Assembly (NCBI GenBank): GCA_963923615.1
Contig: CAWULW010000001.1
Coordinates: 1-31,450, forward strand
Length of the DNA stretch: 31,450 bases
Reading direction: 5' to 3'
DNA from: an uncultured Holophagaceae bacterium
GTDB taxonomy: Bacteria > Acidobacteriota > Holophagae > Holophagales > Holophagaceae
Shown here in pieces: positions 1-8,622 of the stretch (position 1 is its first letter; each line of letters starts with the position of its first letter). The notes under the pieces were generated by a model. It did not search any database, had not been told where the DNA came from, and saw only the letters and a list, made by a program, of their open reading frames with translations. The translations under genes were made by a program, and so were the position numbers.

Positions 1-24
1 GCGTCAGATGTGTATAAGAGACAG
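1..24 (+). other. Nextera/Tn5 adapter remnant (sequencing artefact)
   Basis: GCGTCAGATGTGTATAAGAGACAG is the 3' end of the Nextera read-1 adapter, including the 19-bp mosaic end AGATGTGTATAAGAGACAG (6-24). It interrupts dxs mid-gene. Confidence 0.97.
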
Positions 25-25
25 A

Positions 26-934
26 TTTCAGGGGATCTTGCTGAGCTGGAGCATAGCCGAAACCTTTTTTGGTTTGCACATGAAGAAGCACGGGACCATG
101 CTTCATCCTTTCTTTGGCCTGAAGCAGTAATTTTTGGGTGGCTAATACATCATTACCATTGACGGGACCCAGATAATTAAAACCCAAGTCCTCAAAAAGT
201 AAACCAGGAATGAAAATACGCTTGAGCGTTTCTTCACTCCATTTCGCTAGTTTCGCCACGCTTTTACTTAAGGTATCCACCGGAATGGATTTAATAATAG
301 ATTCAATTCGATCACGCCACCGAACATAATATTGACCTGACATCAGTTGATTTAAATAACCTTGGAGCGAACCCACGTTGGGATTAATGCTCATATCGTT
401 ATCGTTTAGAATCACTAAGAAATTTTTTAATTCTAGATAGCCAGCTTGGTTGAGTCCTTCAAATGCCATGCCGGCTGTCATAGATCCATCGCCAATCACC
501 GCAACAACTGCATGGTCCTCTCCCGCGAGATCACGGGCTTTCGCCATCCCAACTCCGGCTGAAATAGATGTGCTCGCGTGCCCCGCGCCAAAATGATCAT
601 ACATGGGACTTTCGGATCGTCTTAAAAATCCCGAGAGCCCCCCATGCTGACGTAAAGTTTTAAATTGGGACTTCCGACCTGTGAGAATTTTATGAGGATA
701 GGCTTGGTGCCCTACATCCCATAGAACACGATCGGACCGTAGGTCAAATTGGTTGAAGAGCGCCACGGTTAACTCAACCGTTCCGAGATTGGAAGCGAAA
801 TGACCTCCCGTCACGCTAATACTATCAATTAAGAATTGACGAACTTCCTGAGCCAGTTGTTCCAATTCTTTGGGCTGAAGTGTTTGAATAGCCTCCGGAT
901 GGGACAAGGAATCTAATAGGGGATAGTGTTTCAC
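26..934 (-). CDS. dxs: 1-deoxy-D-xylulose-5-phosphate synthase, N-terminal part (truncated at contig end; missing from ORF track)
   Basis: Manual translation from GTG at 934, which overlaps the ispA TGA: VKHYPLLDSL..GGHFASNLGTVELTVAL..WDVGHQAYPHKILTGR..DHFGAGHASTSIS..VIGDGSMTAG..ILNDNDMSI..GPVLLHVQTKKGFGY. Open until the adapter. Confidence 0.96.
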
Positions 935-1812
935 GATGCTCTCTTTGTTAAGTGGTGCGCCCAAGCTGTAAGGGCATGGGGGTTAGGAAGATCAGCGAGA
1001 TGCTCAAGAGCATCTTGAGTAACTTGACCCAAGGTGGCCTCTGCTTTCTCAAGACCCATAACCGATACGTAGGTTAGTTTACCCCTCTGGTGATCTTTCT
1101 GAGTGCCCTTCCCTAATTGATGCGCATTTGAAGTTGCATCTAAGAGATCATCTTTGATCTGGAATGCAAGCCCTAGGGCCTCCCCAAAACTACCAAGGGC
1201 GGAGACCTGGCGGGAAGATGCGTGACCGAATATGGCTCCTAGTTCGAGGGCAGCTCGCATTAATTTTCCAGTCTTCAATTGGTGAATTGTAGAGAGCAGA
1301 TGAGCATCAGATACTTGATGTTCCTGTTGCAGGTCAAGGCACTGGCCACCCACCATGCCTAGCCATCCAGCTCCCTGCGCCAAACAGGCCACAGCCGCTG
1401 AGTTTTGAGTTTCAGCGAGAACGGCAAATGCCTCAGTTAAGAGGGCATCACCAGCTAAAATGGCTGGACCCTCGCCAAACACTCTATGATTAGTGGGCTT
1501 CCCTCGTCGGAGATCATCATTATCCATAGCGGGAAGATCGTCATGAATTAAAGAGTAGGTATGTACATATTCCACGGCGATCGCACCTGGCAAAGCAGAT
1601 GCGGCTGCTTGGCCCAAGGCCTCGCATGCCAACATACACAAGATAGGACGAACTCGCTTTCCCCCTGCCTCCAAACTATATTTGATCGCACGCTGAAGTT
1701 CGCTCAACGGGATGCCAGAGGGGACCCGATGAAATCGAGTTACTAATTCTTTTTCAATAAGCGGTACGAGACGAGTTTGATCGTGTGCGACAGAAACTGC
1801 GGGGTCGATCAT
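931..1812 (-). CDS. ispA: polyprenyl (farnesyl/geranylgeranyl) diphosphate synthase
   Basis: GGKRVRP, first Asp-rich motif LIHDDLPAMDNDDLRRGKPT, GQCLD, KTG and second motif FQIKDD; xseB-ispA-dxs synteny. Confidence 0.95.
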   Translation of the reverse strand: MIDPAVSVAHDQTRLVPLIEKELVTRFHRVPSGIPLSELQRAIKYSLEAGGKRVRPILCMLACEALGQAAASALPGAIAVEYVHTYSLIHDDLPAMDNDDLRRGKPTNHRVFGEGPAILAGDALLTEAFAVLAETQNSAAVACLAQGAGWLGMVGGQCLDLQQEHQVSDAHLLSTIHQLKTGKLMRAALELGAIFGHASSRQVSALGSFGEALGLAFQIKDDLLDATSNAHQLGKGTQKDHQRGKLTYVSVMGLEKAEATLGQVTQDALEHLADLPNPHALTAWAHHLTKRAS

Positions 1813-2048
1813 GCGGAATCAGAATCGAGAGGTCTAGTTTCTAATTCACCGTTTAAAGATTGTTTTAAGACATCGACACGTCGCTTAGATTGCTCGAGTT
1901 GAATCTGAAGATCCTTGGCTAGCTTCACTCCTTTTTCGAATTCAACTAGGGATTGTTCTAGTGTTAGTCCATCCGATTCCAACTTTTGCACGACCGATTC
2001 AAGTTGCTCAAGACCCTCTTCAAAACTTTTAGGTTTACTTTCGGCCAT
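1809..2048 (-). CDS. xseB: exodeoxyribonuclease VII small subunit
   Basis: 79 aa with SFEEGLEQLESVVQKLESDGLTLEQSLVEFEKGVKL; GGAG SD upstream; ATGA overlap with ispA. Confidence 0.95.
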   Translation of the reverse strand: MAESKPKSFEEGLEQLESVVQKLESDGLTLEQSLVEFEKGVKLAKDLQIQLEQSKRRVDVLKQSLNGELETRPLDSDSA

Positions 2049-2203
2049 AGAATCTCCAAAGGGATTTTAAAGTTTATACAATTCTAACGCTAATAAACGT
2101 CAGAACGCTCAACGTGAAAAGACCTAGATTTATGGATCACCAGCAGGGCCAAGCAAAGATTCAAAAAGTCAAACCGCCTTTTTTTGGATACAATCATACT
2201 CTT

Positions 2204-2280
2204 TCCGGTGTAGCTCAGTTGGTTAGAGCGCATGACTGTTAATCATGATGTCGGGGGTTCAAATCCCTCCACCGGAGCCA
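2204..2280 (+). tRNA. tRNA-Asn (GTT)
   Basis: Acceptor stem TCCGGTG/CACCGGA, D-arm GCTC..GAGC, anticodon arm CATGA-CTGTTAA-TCATG, TTCAAAT T-loop, encoded CCA. Confidence 0.98.
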
Positions 2281-2289
2281 TATTATGAC

Positions 2290-2314
2290 AAGCCATCAGA
2301 AATGGTGGCTTTTC
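2290..2314 (+). terminator. intrinsic terminator after tRNA-Asn
   Basis: Stem AGCCATC/GGTGGCT followed by a T run. Confidence 0.65.
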
Positions 2315-2410
2315 GTCGCCAAAGGGTTGAGATAGACTAGCCGCACTGTGGAATTGCAGTCCTAAGACTTATCCAAATCAAACTCATTCACTCAAACAGA
2401 GGACTAAAAA

Positions 2411-2890
2411 ATGAAAAAAAATATCCTGTTCGTTTTAGTACTTTTTTCACTTATCGCATGTCAATCTGACCATGATCAGAAGGCGATATTGGGTAAAAAA
2501 AACGTGGCTTTTTATTCCCAAGTTTGGGACGTAGCCATCAATCAAGGACAAATTGATATTTTGGATACCGCCTATGTGGAGGATGCCATTCTCCACACGG
2601 TTCCTGAAATTAAAGGTAAGGCTCAGGCAAAAGCTTATTACGCTAACTTCGTGACGGGATTTTCTGAAAGGAGCTTCACGGTAAAGGACATGTTTGCCGA
2701 CGGGGATAAATTAGTAAAATATTGGCAATTTAAAGGAAGACATACTGGCACATTTTTTGGCATCCCCCCTACCGGAAAAAAGATTGATGTTATCGGATGC
2801 ACGATTGCCAAAATGAGAGACGGCAAAATAGCTGAAGAACAGGACTTTATGGATAACCTCGAATTCATGAAGCAACTTGGGGTTAAATAG
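2411..2890 (+). CDS. SnoaL-like ester cyclase family lipoprotein
   Basis: Signal peptide with lipobox LIAC; SnoaL/NTF2-like motif FKGRHTGTFFGIPPTGKK..GKIAEE; GAGGA SD. Confidence 0.85.
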   Translation: MKKNILFVLVLFSLIACQSDHDQKAILGKKNVAFYSQVWDVAINQGQIDILDTAYVEDAILHTVPEIKGKAQAKAYYANFVTGFSERSFTVKDMFADGDKLVKYWQFKGRHTGTFFGIPPTGKKIDVIGCTIAKMRDGKIAEEQDFMDNLEFMKQLGVK

Positions 2891-2971
2891 CCAAACTCAC
2901 CCCGAGATTATTCTAGGGCCATCACGCATTCTACAGAGTGTTCACCGGCAGGTGGGTTGGACAGTTCTCGC

Positions 2972-3538
2972 CTACTTGGCTCGCTCCATATAGGTCCGGT
3001 CAGCCGTATTGATTTTAATTTTTTCACCCGTCTGGATGTAGGGAGGTACTCCTACGGTAAGACCGTTCTTACATTTAGCCGGTTTGTAAGAGCCTGTTGC
3101 GTTTGCATTTTTCATGACGGGTTCAGTTTCTATAATTTCACTGATTAATGTAGAGGGTAAGTTAACCGATAGAGGGATACCTTCGTTAAACTCGAGTTCC
3201 ACAATCATATTTGACTCTAGGAGATTTAAGTCTTCTCCCATAATGTCTTTGTGAACTTCGATTTGCTCATACGTTTCATTGTTCATAAAAATGAGATTGT
3301 CACCATCAGCATACAGAAATTCCATTTTGTGTTGTTCTAGGTTGGCTCGTTCCACTTTATCTTGGGAACCAAATCGATTTTCACGATTGATACCATCCTT
3401 GAGTCTCTTCATCTTCACGACAACTCGAGCAGGTAGATTGCCTGGGGTTTGATGCTCAATGCTGATAACACGGCAAAGTTCCTTTTCAAAATTAATAATC
3501 ATTCCACTGCGGACTTGGGTCGACAGAATAAAAGGCAT
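2972..3538 (-). CDS. efp: translation elongation factor P
   Basis: 188 aa with KOW loop TPGNL, MEFLYADG, FMNNETYEQ, YKPA..NGLTVGVPPYIQTGEKIKINT; AGGAG SD. Confidence 0.95.
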   Translation of the reverse strand: MPFILSTQVRSGMIINFEKELCRVISIEHQTPGNLPARVVVKMKRLKDGINRENRFGSQDKVERANLEQHKMEFLYADGDNLIFMNNETYEQIEVHKDIMGEDLNLLESNMIVELEFNEGIPLSVNLPSTLISEIIETEPVMKNANATGSYKPAKCKNGLTVGVPPYIQTGEKIKINTADRTYMERAK

Positions 3539-3553
3539 CTTAACTCCTGAGGG

Positions 3554-3628
3554 TGGTGGGCATAACAGGGATCGAACCTGTGACTTCTACCGTGTGAAGG
3601 TAGCACTCTACCGCTGAGTTATATGCCC
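3554..3628 (-). tRNA. tRNA-Val (CAC)
   Basis: Reverse complement has acceptor GGGCATA/TATGCCC, anticodon arm CTACC-TTCACAC-GGTAG, GGTTCGATCC T-arm, encoded CCA. Confidence 0.98.
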
Positions 3629-3652
3629 AAAATAAGCGTTGGCAGAGCCCGT

Positions 3653-3661
3653 AGTTTAACA
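3653..3661 (-). promoter_or_regulatory. putative extended -10 promoter (TGnTAAACT) for tRNA-Val/efp
   Basis: Minus strand reads TG-T-TAAACT 24 nt upstream of the tRNA 5' end. Confidence 0.45.
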
Positions 3662-3714
3662 TCCCCGAAGTATCTTAGGGCGAAGGGTTCGTAGGAAGGA
3701 TGGGGTTGAATAGT

Positions 3715-4923
3715 TTAGAGATGGAGACGCAGGGCATCGACGAGGCGCTTAATTTCCTTCTCTTGTAGGGCACAGATTGCAACACGAAGCCCTTGCTCTA
3801 AGGGAATCAAATAAATATCATGTGTCTGAAGCGCTTGTACTACTTGATCCGGATGAGCATGAGGGAGGGTAACAAAAAAGCCCCCTTCAAAATACGAATG
3901 CTCGATATTGTTTTTACTCAGATACTGCGACAACTGATCCGCGCGATGCACTAAAACAGAAGACCAGTGTCGATGCTCCGATCGAAGTCTCTCCAATCGG
4001 ACTGAATCCCGGTAGAGTTTTTTAACGAGTGATTGAGGAGCCCGAGGAGCATTAGAAAATATTCCGCGACAACTGATGGCAAGTGCCGTTTTTAATTGTG
4101 GGTCTTGTCGCCACGGAAAGACGAGGGCGCCGCAGCGAGCTCCGTAAAGCGTTAGAGGTTTTGAAATAGACAAGGCGGCTCCTAGTAATGCCGGAGTTGA
4201 ACTTGCCCACTGAGCATAATGTTCCAAGATTTGCTTAACGGTCAAAGAGTCTCGAGCATATTCCAAGTAGGCTAGGTCTAAAATGACCGAAACCGGCCCT
4301 TGTTGAGATAAGCGATCGAAGATATTCAAGAGCGTCTGACGATGGGTAGTCGATAGATGTTGGCCGGTGGGATTATGGCAAGGATCGTTGAGCCAAAATA
4401 AAATCCGCCCCTGTTTTTTCATAGTACTTTCTAGTTTTGATTCAAGGGTAGCCATCGAACCGTGATCATCACTCATAGGATAGGCAACGGTTTCCACTCT
4501 GATTTGATTCTCAAACGCGAGTGTTTCGTATGGGGTCCAGCACGGATCGAACGTATGAACGGTTTGACCGGGCTCGAGTAAGTTTCGGAGGCTCACAACT
4601 AGCGCACCAGTGGCACCAGGCGTTGCACAACCCAAAACAGGTGAAGGCGCTTGAGGCCAGTAGTGGTGAGTAATAGCATCGATAAATTCTGGATCACCCA
4701 AGATGGGGGCATAGGGGTGAATCTCTTGAGATGTTAGGGAGTGCCATACCTCTGTTACTGTTTGAAGAGTGACGAGTTGACCCTCCTCATCGAGCAAAGC
4801 ACCGATGGAGAGGTTAATGACAGGATGGCCTTGAGCTTTACGCGACTGGGCTAATGCGTTGATCCTAAAGATAGGATCATCACCCTCGAGATTATGGCGG
4901 GAAGAAATTAGATGAGAATCCAT
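3715..4923 (-). CDS. class I/II PLP-dependent aminotransferase (aspartate aminotransferase-like)
   Basis: INLSIG, TPGATGAL, DPCHNPTG, ILDLAY and PLP-lysine motif SISKPLTLYGARCG. Confidence 0.85.
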   Translation of the reverse strand: MDSHLISSRHNLEGDDPIFRINALAQSRKAQGHPVINLSIGALLDEEGQLVTLQTVTEVWHSLTSQEIHPYAPILGDPEFIDAITHHYWPQAPSPVLGCATPGATGALVVSLRNLLEPGQTVHTFDPCWTPYETLAFENQIRVETVAYPMSDDHGSMATLESKLESTMKKQGRILFWLNDPCHNPTGQHLSTTHRQTLLNIFDRLSQQGPVSVILDLAYLEYARDSLTVKQILEHYAQWASSTPALLGAALSISKPLTLYGARCGALVFPWRQDPQLKTALAISCRGIFSNAPRAPQSLVKKLYRDSVRLERLRSEHRHWSSVLVHRADQLSQYLSKNNIEHSYFEGGFFVTLPHAHPDQVVQALQTHDIYLIPLEQGLRVAICALQEKEIKRLVDALRLHL

Positions 4924-4959
4924 TAAACTATCTTAAGTTCTAAGTGGGCTAGAGGCTTC

Positions 4960-5541
4960 ATGATTATTCCATTTCAAGGTATGGTTCCCAAGATCGGAAG
5001 CCGGGTCTTTGTGCCTGAGAACGCCACCATTCTTGGTGATGTGACCCTCGGAGAGGATGTCAGTATTTGGTTTAATTGTGTGCTGCGTGGGGATGTCAAT
5101 TGGATTCGTATTGGAAACCGAACCAATATTCAAGATATGTCGTGTATTCATGTCACGAATGGGAAATATCCAACTCTGATAGGATCAGGCTGTAGCATTG
5201 CTCACAATGTGATGTTACATGGGTGTACATTACACAACGGAGTCTTGGTAGGAATGAGTTCTACTCTGATGGATGGTGCGGTCATCGGAGAAGGATGTCT
5301 TGTGGCGGCAGGATCATTAGTTCGAGAGGGATTCCAGGCACCTCCGCACTCATTGATTGCGGGATGGCCTGCCGAGATCAAGGGAGTTTTATCTCCTGAA
5401 CAACGGGCTTTAGTTGCTTCCATTCCAGATCGATACGTTCGTTATAAGGAAGCCTACTTTAAGGATGGGTGGCCTATGGCCAAGGCGCCAGACTATCCCA
5501 ACCCCCAAGGGGGCTTTCAAGAGGGTCATCCCTACCCTTAA
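4960..5541 (+). CDS. gamma-class carbonic anhydrase family protein (YrdA/PaaY-like)
   Basis: Hexapeptide repeats; LRGD..TNIQD..CIH..IAHNVMLHG retains the Arg/Asp/Gln residues and three metal-binding His. Confidence 0.9.
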   Translation: MIIPFQGMVPKIGSRVFVPENATILGDVTLGEDVSIWFNCVLRGDVNWIRIGNRTNIQDMSCIHVTNGKYPTLIGSGCSIAHNVMLHGCTLHNGVLVGMSSTLMDGAVIGEGCLVAAGSLVREGFQAPPHSLIAGWPAEIKGVLSPEQRALVASIPDRYVRYKEAYFKDGWPMAKAPDYPNPQGGFQEGHPYP

Positions 5542-5678
5542 TCGGTTTGATTCATTTTGATGAGTCGTATTATGCTAAGAGACGGAATGGATAGAACTTT
5601 TTTAAGCTGCCCCCTACGCAATGACACAGATTAATAAACCTATAGGTGTGAGCGGGGCTCTTGGATAATGTTTCACCT

Positions 5679-6743
5679 ATGACGCACCATTTAATTATTC
5701 GAATTCATATTGATCCCACTCTAGGTTTAGGGCATCTGACTCGAGCTTTGGCCATTTATGAAGAGTGGAAATTATTGGGCGGAAAAACGACCTTGGTAGT
5801 TTCGGGTGATGAACGAGCACGAGAAGTTGGTCGAGGCAAGAATATTCTTTCCGGGGAACTTCCACCAGAGATCATTGATTTGGGTGAAAATAGCTTTGCT
5901 CCCTTAGGAAAGACTATGAAAGGTGAAGTAGTTCTATTTGATCAATGGACTTCCTCGAGAGAACAAATCAAAGAGGCGCATCCCCGTAAAATTGCATTAA
6001 TGGAAGACGATGGAGACGCCTACGAGGAAGCAGATCTTCTGTTCCAACCTTACTTAGAGGGCATTGTATGGCCGGATCATCCCACTCGAACTAAAAACGG
6101 TATCAAATTAAAACCTCATGAAGATATTAGGGGCAAATGCCATGTCCTTTGTGGAGCTACCTATATTGTTGCCAGTCCGATTGTCCGAACACTTCGCCCG
6201 AAGCGCCAGCCTGACCAACCTCTCAATGCCCAAAAAATATTAGTGACTTTTGGCGGAAGTGATGCAATGGGGTTAGCTCAAAAAGCTTTTGATATTCTCA
6301 AGAATCTACAACAAGAGGGTCGCTGGAGAGGAAGTAGCATGATTCTTGCGCCGCAAGGTATTCGAGGTGATTCTTTTCCTGGATGTACAGTTCATACCTC
6401 TATGACTCAACTGAGCGAGAAGATTCAACAATTTGATGTGATTTGGTGTGCAGGAGGCGTGACCCTCATTGACGCCCTTTGTCTTGGCATCCCAGTCGTT
6501 GCTTGGGGACAAAATGAAAGACAAGTTCAGGGATTAACCGAATTGGGTCACCACGGAAGTTGTTTTGGCCTTGGGGAGGGCCCCTCCGCAGATCCCCAAA
6601 CCGTCCAAGATGCCCTAGAACACTGGCTAGGACCTGAGGGGCAAGAAAGTCGACAGGAACAGGTAGCAGCCGGTATGGCCCTAATTGATGGGCTTGGAGC
6701 AACCAGAGTCGCCAAGGAATTATGGAAATTGGCTGAAAAATAA
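5679..6743 (+). CDS. PseG/SpsG-family GT-B fold nucleotide-sugar hydrolase/glycosyltransferase
   Basis: N-terminal IRIHIDPTLGLGHLTRALA, ILVTFGGSD, WCAGGVT..LGIP, NERQ. ATG 5679 preferred over TTG 5661. Confidence 0.75.
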   Translation: MTHHLIIRIHIDPTLGLGHLTRALAIYEEWKLLGGKTTLVVSGDERAREVGRGKNILSGELPPEIIDLGENSFAPLGKTMKGEVVLFDQWTSSREQIKEAHPRKIALMEDDGDAYEEADLLFQPYLEGIVWPDHPTRTKNGIKLKPHEDIRGKCHVLCGATYIVASPIVRTLRPKRQPDQPLNAQKILVTFGGSDAMGLAQKAFDILKNLQQEGRWRGSSMILAPQGIRGDSFPGCTVHTSMTQLSEKIQQFDVIWCAGGVTLIDALCLGIPVVAWGQNERQVQGLTELGHHGSCFGLGEGPSADPQTVQDALEHWLGPEGQESRQEQVAAGMALIDGLGATRVAKELWKLAEK

Positions 6744-6765
6744 GGGGTTCTCGAGTAATTCAAGG

Positions 6766-6794
6766 TTGACCCAAGCAGTTGCCCACGATAATCT
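6766..6794 (+). promoter_or_regulatory. sigma70-type promoter of the rplM operon
   Basis: TTGACC (6766-6771), 17-nt spacer, TAATCT (6789-6794). Confidence 0.6.
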
Positions 6795-6863
6795 AATTTT
6801 TCTGCCCTTGCGAGACCCTGAAGGCTTTGTAGGGCATTTTATTGACTGTTTTTGGAGCAATCC

Positions 6864-7298
6864 ATGGGTACTTTTTTCCCTAGTGCAAGCGATATTAAAC
6901 GCCAATGGTTCTTAGTGGATGCCTCAGGTATTTCCATCGGCCGGGTAAGTTCTGTGGTAGCCGAACTTCTCTCCGGAAAACACAAGCCCACATGGACTCC
7001 CTTTTTAGATACCGGGGATCATGTGGTTGTGATTAATGCAGAAAAAGCGGTTTTTACAGGTAAAAAATCTACCCAAAAAATATATCGTACGACCACAACT
7101 CAACCTGGCTCTATGAAAGAAGTCAAAGCAGGTGTTTTGCGAGAAGCTCATCCAACCCGTGCCATTGAAAAAGCGGTCAAAGGGATGTTACCCAAAGGCC
7201 CCTTGGGAAACGCAATGATAAAAAAATTAATGGTTTATGCGGGTACAGATCATAAACAGAAAGCTCAAAATCCTATTTCATATAGTTTGAAGAAATAA
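6864..7298 (+). CDS. rplM: 50S ribosomal protein L13
   Basis: WFLVDA..GKHKPTWTPFLDTGDHVVVINAEK..KGMLPKGPLG; GGAG SD supports ATG 6864. Confidence 0.97.
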   Translation: MGTFFPSASDIKRQWFLVDASGISIGRVSSVVAELLSGKHKPTWTPFLDTGDHVVVINAEKAVFTGKKSTQKIYRTTTTQPGSMKEVKAGVLREAHPTRAIEKAVKGMLPKGPLGNAMIKKLMVYAGTDHKQKAQNPISYSLKK

Positions 7299-7311
7299 CG
7301 GGAGTATTTGC

Positions 7312-7704
7312 ATGGCCATCAGACATCACTACGGGACCGGACGACGCAAAACAGCCATTGCTCGTACCTTTCTCAAGCCCGGCAGTGGACAAATCATTGT
7401 TAATGGCCGCGAGCTTGCAGATTACTTTCCCAATGCCGTTTTGCGTATGATGGTTCAACAACCTTTTGTTCTTACCGAGAATGTAGATAAGTGGGACATG
7501 ATGATTACTGTCAAAGGAGGTGGAAGTGCTGCTCAGGCGGCTGCCATCCGTTTGGGTATTTCTCGTGCCCTCCTGCAATACAATGAACAGCTTCGTTCTT
7601 TGCTCCGAGGAGCCATGTTACTCACGCGAGACCCTCGCATGAAGGAGCGTAAGAAACCAGGACGAAAAGCTGCTCGACGTCGTTTCCAATTTAGTAAACG
7701 TTAA
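7312..7704 (+). CDS. rpsI: 30S ribosomal protein S9
   Basis: YGTGRRKTAIAR..VKGGG..LLTRDPRMKERKKPG..FQFSKR. Confidence 0.98.
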   Translation: MAIRHHYGTGRRKTAIARTFLKPGSGQIIVNGRELADYFPNAVLRMMVQQPFVLTENVDKWDMMITVKGGGSAAQAAAIRLGISRALLQYNEQLRSLLRGAMLLTRDPRMKERKKPGRKAARRRFQFSKR

Positions 7705-7739
7705 TTTTTGTTCTTTGATACCCTCCCTAGAATATTCTT

Positions 7740-7835
7740 GGGCGGTCTAACCACGGATCCCTTTGGGGATCGAATCGGGCACTCATGCCTATTATCCCTA
7801 GTTCCCTCTCTGAGGGACTTACTGAGGAGGCCTAC
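7740..7835 (+). promoter_or_regulatory. structured 5' leader of rpsB (candidate S2 autoregulatory element)
   Basis: Hairpins GATCCC-TTTG-GGGATC (7756-7771), GGCA-CTCA-TGCC and TCCCTC-TCT-GAGGGA, then a GAGGAGG SD. rpsB leaders are known S2 control sites; no covariance check was possible. Confidence 0.4.
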
Positions 7836-8603
7836 ATGGCTGCAATACAAATGAAAGAACTGCTCGAAGCGGGCGTTCACTTCGGACATCAAACCAAACG
7901 CTGGAATCCTAAGATGAAGAAATACATCTTTGGAGCACGAAACAGTATTTACATTATCGATCTTCAAAAGACTCTACGCCTTTGGAATGCAGCTGCCACT
8001 TATATCACCAAGGCGGCTAGTCAAGGTAAAACATTCATGTTTGTGGCTACCAAGCCTCAGGCTCAAGAAGTTATCGCCGAACAAGCTTCCAGGTGCGGTG
8101 CATTCTATGTCAATAACCGTTGGCTTGGCGGTATGTTAACCAATTTTTCAACTGTCAAGAAGAGCCTGGAGAAATATCGAGAAACCCAAGCTCTATTGGC
8201 AGATCCTGTCCGCTTGGCAGAACTTTCTAAGAAAGAGATTTCCGGCATCACTCGACAGAAAGATAAATTGGAAGAATCTTTCAAGGGTATTCGAGATATG
8301 CGCGCCCTTCCCGATGTTCTTTTTGTCATTGACCCTAATCATGAATCCATCGCGGTCACTGAAGCCAAAAAAATCGGTATTCCGGTCGTAGCGATTGTTG
8401 ATACTAATTGTGATCCCGATATGGTAGATATGATTATTCCAGGCAACGATGATGCCATCCGATCCATTATGCTGTTTACGGAGCGTATTGCGGATTCCAT
8501 CATTGAGGGTCGCGCAGCTCTCAAGGATAAAGGACAAACCGCTTCTATGAAAAATATGATGGCGGAAAAGATCCAGATAGATGAATCTTCTACACCCGCT
8601 TAA
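7836..8603 (+). CDS. rpsB: 30S ribosomal protein S2
   Basis: [43 protein letters not shown]; GAGGAGG SD supports ATG 7836 rather than 7785. Confidence 0.98.
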   Translation: MAAIQMKELLEAGVHFGHQTKRWNPKMKKYIFGARNSIYIIDLQKTLRLWNAAATYITKAASQGKTFMFVATKPQAQEVIAEQASRCGAFYVNNRWLGGMLTNFSTVKKSLEKYRETQALLADPVRLAELSKKEISGITRQKDKLEESFKGIRDMRALPDVLFVIDPNHESIAVTEAKKIGIPVVAIVDTNCDPDMVDMIIPGNDDAIRSIMLFTERIADSIIEGRAALKDKGQTASMKNMMAEKIQIDESSTPA

Positions 8604-8622
8604 TTAATAGGAGCAATATTCG

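Noticed and set aside
1809-2048. xseB without adjacent xseA
   Set aside because: xseB-ispA-dxs without xseA is a common arrangement.
2204-2971. Integrative element at tRNA-Asn
   Set aside because: No integrase, no duplicated tRNA 3' end, and only one cargo gene.
6573-6580. KOPS-like GGGGAGGG
   Set aside because: A single occurrence inside a CDS is uninformative.
7785-7835. N-terminal extensions in the ORF track (rpsB 7785, rplM 6852, nuoB 15923, nuoA 16284, SPOR 18898, kynureninase-like 19512)
   Set aside because: Downstream ATGs have better SD or coupling and match family N-termini.
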